Shown here: positions 60,759 to 64,000 of the stretch, piece by piece
Layout of the letters: each line of letters begins with the position of its first letter
Numbering within the stretch: position 1 is the stretch's first letter
Assembly (NCBI GenBank): GCA_963765765.1
Contig: CAVXYC010000002.1
Location: forward strand, 96,001-160,000
DNA length: 64,000 nt
Direction: 5' to 3'
Source of the DNA: an uncultured Chloroflexia bacterium
GTDB taxonomy: Bacteria; Chloroflexota; UBA6077; JACCZL01
Translations under genes and position numbers: made by a program
The notes under the pieces: model-generated
Database searches by the model: none
What the model was told of the DNA's origin: nothing
Seen by the model: the letters and a program-made list of their open reading frames with translations, nothing else

Positions 60759-61703
60759 ATGACCGTCCTGGACTGGATGCTCGATTCTGACCCCTCCATC
60801 CGATGGCAGGTATTGCGTGATCTTGTCGATGCCCCAGCTGAGGTCGTGGCGGCGGAGCGGGCGCGAGTGGCCACTGAGGGGTGGGGTGCCAGGTTGCTGG
60901 CCTTGCAGGGAGAAGACGGTCTGTGGGATGGCGGCGCGCTATTTCCCGCTCGGAGACTGGACTCGGATCCCGTCGGCCAGCCCTGGACCGCCACGGCATA
61001 CAGTCTCCTGCTCCTGCGTGACCTGGGGGTGGACCCACGTTGTGACCAGGCGCGCCGCGCGGTGGCGCAGGTCAGAGACCACTGCCGTTGGGAGCACGCC
61101 GGACAGCCCTTCTTCACCGGCGAGGTCGAGCCGTGCATCAACGGTATGACCGTCGTGCTCGGTGCCTATTTTGATCAAGATGTCAATGGCGTGGTCGCCA
61201 GACTCCTTGATGAGCAGCTCGAGGACGGCGGGTGGAACTGTGAGGTGGAGAACGGTTCGGTTCGTTCTTCGTTCGCCACCACGATCCGCGTGCTTGAAGG
61301 GCTGTTGGCGCACGAGCACGCAACCGGTGGCTCGGCGGAATCCCTCGCGGCTCGGCGGCGGGGTGAAGAGTACCTCCTCGAACGAATGCTGTTCCGGCGT
61401 AAGAGCACCGGCGAAGTGGTCGACTCTGCCTGGCTGCAATTCTCATTTCCGACCCGCTGGCACTACGACGTGCTGCGTGGCCTGGAGTACTTCCGGGTCG
61501 CCGGTGATCTGCCGGACCCGCGGGTGGACGAAGCGATTCAGTGGCTCCGATCCAAGCAGCAGCCCGATGGCACGTGGCTGTTGGAGAACACACATCCCGG
61601 CAAGGTCCACTTTACGCTCGATGACGGCGATGGTCGCCCCAGCCGGTGGAACACGTTACGGGCGCTGCGTGTCCTCAGCTGGTACAGACAAGGAGCTGGC
61701 TAA
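60759..61703 (+). CDS. Prenyltransferase/squalene-cyclase-repeat (alpha/alpha barrel) hypothetical protein
   Basis: WMLDSDPSIRWQV.RDL, QW-like repeats Q..DG.W (QGEDGLW, QLEDGGWNC, QQPDGTW), SRWNTLRA. Confidence 0.75.
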   Translation: MTVLDWMLDSDPSIRWQVLRDLVDAPAEVVAAERARVATEGWGARLLALQGEDGLWDGGALFPARRLDSDPVGQPWTATAYSLLLLRDLGVDPRCDQARRAVAQVRDHCRWEHAGQPFFTGEVEPCINGMTVVLGAYFDQDVNGVVARLLDEQLEDGGWNCEVENGSVRSSFATTIRVLEGLLAHEHATGGSAESLAARRRGEEYLLERMLFRRKSTGEVVDSAWLQFSFPTRWHYDVLRGLEYFRVAGDLPDPRVDEAIQWLRSKQQPDGTWLLENTHPGKVHFTLDDGDGRPSRWNTLRALRVLSWYRQGAG

Positions 61704-61731
61704 ACGACCAGCTTGGCGGTTGGCCACGGCC

Positions 61732-63174
61732 TCAGGGTGCCGTCTTCAGTCCAAGCTCCTTGGCTACCTCGTGCTCGACGGCCGTGCCGTCAAAAAAACT
61801 AGGGTTGGTGCGCGTGTGCAGTCGGGCGGCGTTCGCGAAGGTGAACTCGCGGAAGTCCGTCTCTGATACGAAGCCGTGCTCGAGCAGCTCGTACGCCTCG
61901 GGGATGACCTCCGCGAAATCGGGCACGTCGAAATGCGTGAAATCGGAGCTGAAGACCGGCCGCAAGCGCGCGCCCAATCGCGGATCGAACGCCCACATGG
62001 TCGCTGGGTCGTCTGCCTCGCAGCCGAAGTAGAAGTTTTCGCTATACGCGGCCTGGATGTCCTGCTTGGCCGTGACGCCTGAGGCAGCAAAATCGTCGGC
62101 AACGTGCTCCGGTCGGCTCAGCTCCTCGATGCTGCACTCGGGACGGAACGCGTCGAGACTATCCATGATCGCGTCGGCGTGTGCCTTGAGGCGCTCGTCG
62201 CCGTAGCGCTCGATGAGGCGATGCATCTCGGCAACGTCAGTGGTGCTCGGGAGCTGCAGCCCTTCGGGCCGGCGCTTCTCCCAGTGCGCCACCATGTCTA
62301 CATACTGCTGGCACGCCCAGCTGATGCCGCCTTCCATGAAGCCGAAGTTCAGCCGCGGGTGTCGGTGTGTGACGCCGCCCAAAAACACGCCGCGGGCGAA
62401 GGCGTGGTTCGATTCGGCGAAATGCCCCACATGATTGAAGGTGAAGTTGCTGATGGAGGCGCGATCGGACCAGCGGGGGCTGCCGGAATGCTGGGTCACC
62501 GCTACGCCGAGCTCAACGCACCGATTCCAGAACGGATCGTAGTCATACGGACTGTCGAGCGCGATGTTGTCGCAGTACCAGGCGGCCTTCGATGGATCGA
62601 TACCTTCCGCGGCGGCGGGGATTGCTCGTTCCTGATTGCCGCGCAGCATGATCGCCTTGAAGCCGCGCTCGCCGACCGCGTATTCCAGCTCCGCTATCGC
62701 TTCGTCTGGAGTCTGGGCCGGGATGATGGCGACGGGCGCGAATCGCTCGCGATAGGGTGCGAACATGTCCCAGGTCATCATGTTGTACGCGCGTGCCATG
62801 GCCGGCTGGAGGTCGCCGGCGATGGTATGAATAGTGAGGCCGAAGCTTGGGTAGATGATCGCGAAGTCGATACCCAGCTCCGGCAAGCGCTCGTTCAACA
62901 GCGCGGGCAACAGCGCCGTCGCCTTATCGAAGGTCTGGGTCGTTACGCCCCACCAGATAGTTCGGCGCAGCCGCTTGCGCTGACGCTCGGCCCAATCGAC
63001 TCGATACCACTCGCTGTTCCGATGCCAGAAGGCGCGGACCTGGTCGACGGCGCCCGCCCCGCCAACTTCACGCAGGTACTCGAGAAAGACCGGAATGGGC
63101 TCCAGCCAGTGCCCGTCGCCATCGATGACGGGGTGCCCCAGCCGGGCACGAATGTCCGCCGCTTGCTGTGCCAT
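61732..63174 (-). CDS. Amidohydrolase family 2 protein
   Basis: PVIDGDGHWLE, ARAYN, VTQH, FMEGG..W, FGCEADD, SSDFTHFD. RBS ggagg. Confidence 0.9.
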   Translation of the reverse strand: MAQQAADIRARLGHPVIDGDGHWLEPIPVFLEYLREVGGAGAVDQVRAFWHRNSEWYRVDWAERQRKRLRRTIWWGVTTQTFDKATALLPALLNERLPELGIDFAIIYPSFGLTIHTIAGDLQPAMARAYNMMTWDMFAPYRERFAPVAIIPAQTPDEAIAELEYAVGERGFKAIMLRGNQERAIPAAAEGIDPSKAAWYCDNIALDSPYDYDPFWNRCVELGVAVTQHSGSPRWSDRASISNFTFNHVGHFAESNHAFARGVFLGGVTHRHPRLNFGFMEGGISWACQQYVDMVAHWEKRRPEGLQLPSTTDVAEMHRLIERYGDERLKAHADAIMDSLDAFRPECSIEELSRPEHVADDFAASGVTAKQDIQAAYSENFYFGCEADDPATMWAFDPRLGARLRPVFSSDFTHFDVPDFAEVIPEAYELLEHGFVSETDFREFTFANAARLHTRTNPSFFDGTAVEHEVAKELGLKTAP

Positions 63175-63449
63175 GATCAGCCTCCGCGGAGCGTGTGGCG
63201 CGATTATATCTCCCGGCACTCGATGAGCCGGCCCATTCATTTTCGACTTCTCTCCGAGAAGGACATCGAATCCCTGCGACTGCCCCAAAACGAAACGCGG
63301 CTCTTCAAATGGGGCTATTCCGCGCCAGCTGAGCTCAACCATCAGACCGGGATCAACACGGTCTCAGGTTAGTCCAGCTCCCATCAACCTTTCTCTCCGA
63401 GAGATGTGTACCGCCTCTTCCGGTAACTTTGAAATTCAAGGAGCTTCGA

Positions 63450-64000
63450 ATGCCTTCACCACCCCTTCAGCTCACAGGAGCCCATCGTGCGAGCATGCGC
63501 CGATTGACGCATCTTACTGACTGGGCTTCAGGGCAAATTGCGCGTCAATCCGTTGGCGATGAAAGTATGGGTGACCTCGTGCTCTATATCTTCACAGGAG
63601 TGGTCATTCGTCTCTGTCGGGCGCTGGTCGCTGAGATTAGGGGTGGATCTACTGATCGCACATCGAGTTGTATGAGAGCGATGATCGAGGTGTTGATCAA
63701 CGCACGGTATGTGCTTTCAGGCGAAACGGAAGAACGTGCTTTGGCGTTTATCTTCGACGACGTTCGCAGCAATTTGAACAGGGCGCGCCGTATTCAATTG
63801 ACTCTACGTCGAGGGCGGGCGCCGTCCATGAGCCGACTGAGCAGCGCAGACGAATGGCAAGGGCATGTGACTCGATTGGAGACGGAACTTCTGGCGCTCA
63901 AGCAACGCTATGGTGATCGTACATTGGCCTGGCCGCCACTAGAGCAGCGTGCAAGGAAAGGCGACTCTGATGAGCTTTATGCAGGTCCATACTCGCTATT
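63450..64000 (+). CDS. DUF5677-like protein, 3' end outside window
   Basis: Manual translation: RBS aaggag, ATG at 63450, open to the window end. Contains MRAMIEVLINARYV..EERALAF and WPPLEQRA...LY..PYSL. Region is less GC-rich than the flanks. Confidence 0.6.
   Translation, partial: MPSPPLQLTGAHRASMRRLTHLTDWASGQIARQSVGDESMGDLVLYIFTGVVIRLCRALVAEIRGGSTDRTSSCMRAMIEVLINARYVLSGETEERALAFIFDDVRSNLNRARRIQLTLRRGRAPSMSRLSSADEWQGHVTRLETELLALKQRYGDRTLAWPPLEQRARKGDSDELYAGPYSL

Noticed and set aside
60759-61703. Squalene-hopene cyclase / terpene cluster
   Set aside because: Only 314 aa, no DXDD motif and no isoprenoid genes nearby.
62104-63372. 422-aa plus-strand ORF
   Set aside because: Antisense shadow of the amidohydrolase.

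Overview
This is a GC-rich bacterial chromosomal window, probably from a soil Chloroflexota-like heterotroph (inferred from Pro/Ala-rich lipoproteins, orphan solute-binding proteins and several Amidohydro_2 paralogs). It is mostly accessory catabolism: a CoA-transferase and crotonase, two Rieske oxygenases, a TfdA-like dioxygenase, five amidohydrolase-superfamily genes, two amidases with a GatC/AtzG-like small partner, SDRs, a P450, acetoacetyl-CoA synthetase and a TreS-maltokinase fusion. Three defence-related genes are present, two of them missed by the ORF track because they run off the window edges: a GmrSD-like DUF262 gene whose HNH-motif His reads as Leu, a C-terminal remnant resembling MADS Mad8, and a DUF5677-like gene. 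The strongest candidate for an undescribed system is a two-gene unit at 24013-26499: a signal-peptide-less S8 protease with three 47-aa C-terminal repeats, preceded by a free-standing 91-aa paralog of its own propeptide. At least five distinct REP/REPIN-like palindrome types occupy intergenic gaps. Many genes are split by 1-nt indels, most consistent with long-read assembly error. No rRNA, tRNA, CRISPR array or transposase was found. All family assignments are from motif recognition, not database searches.
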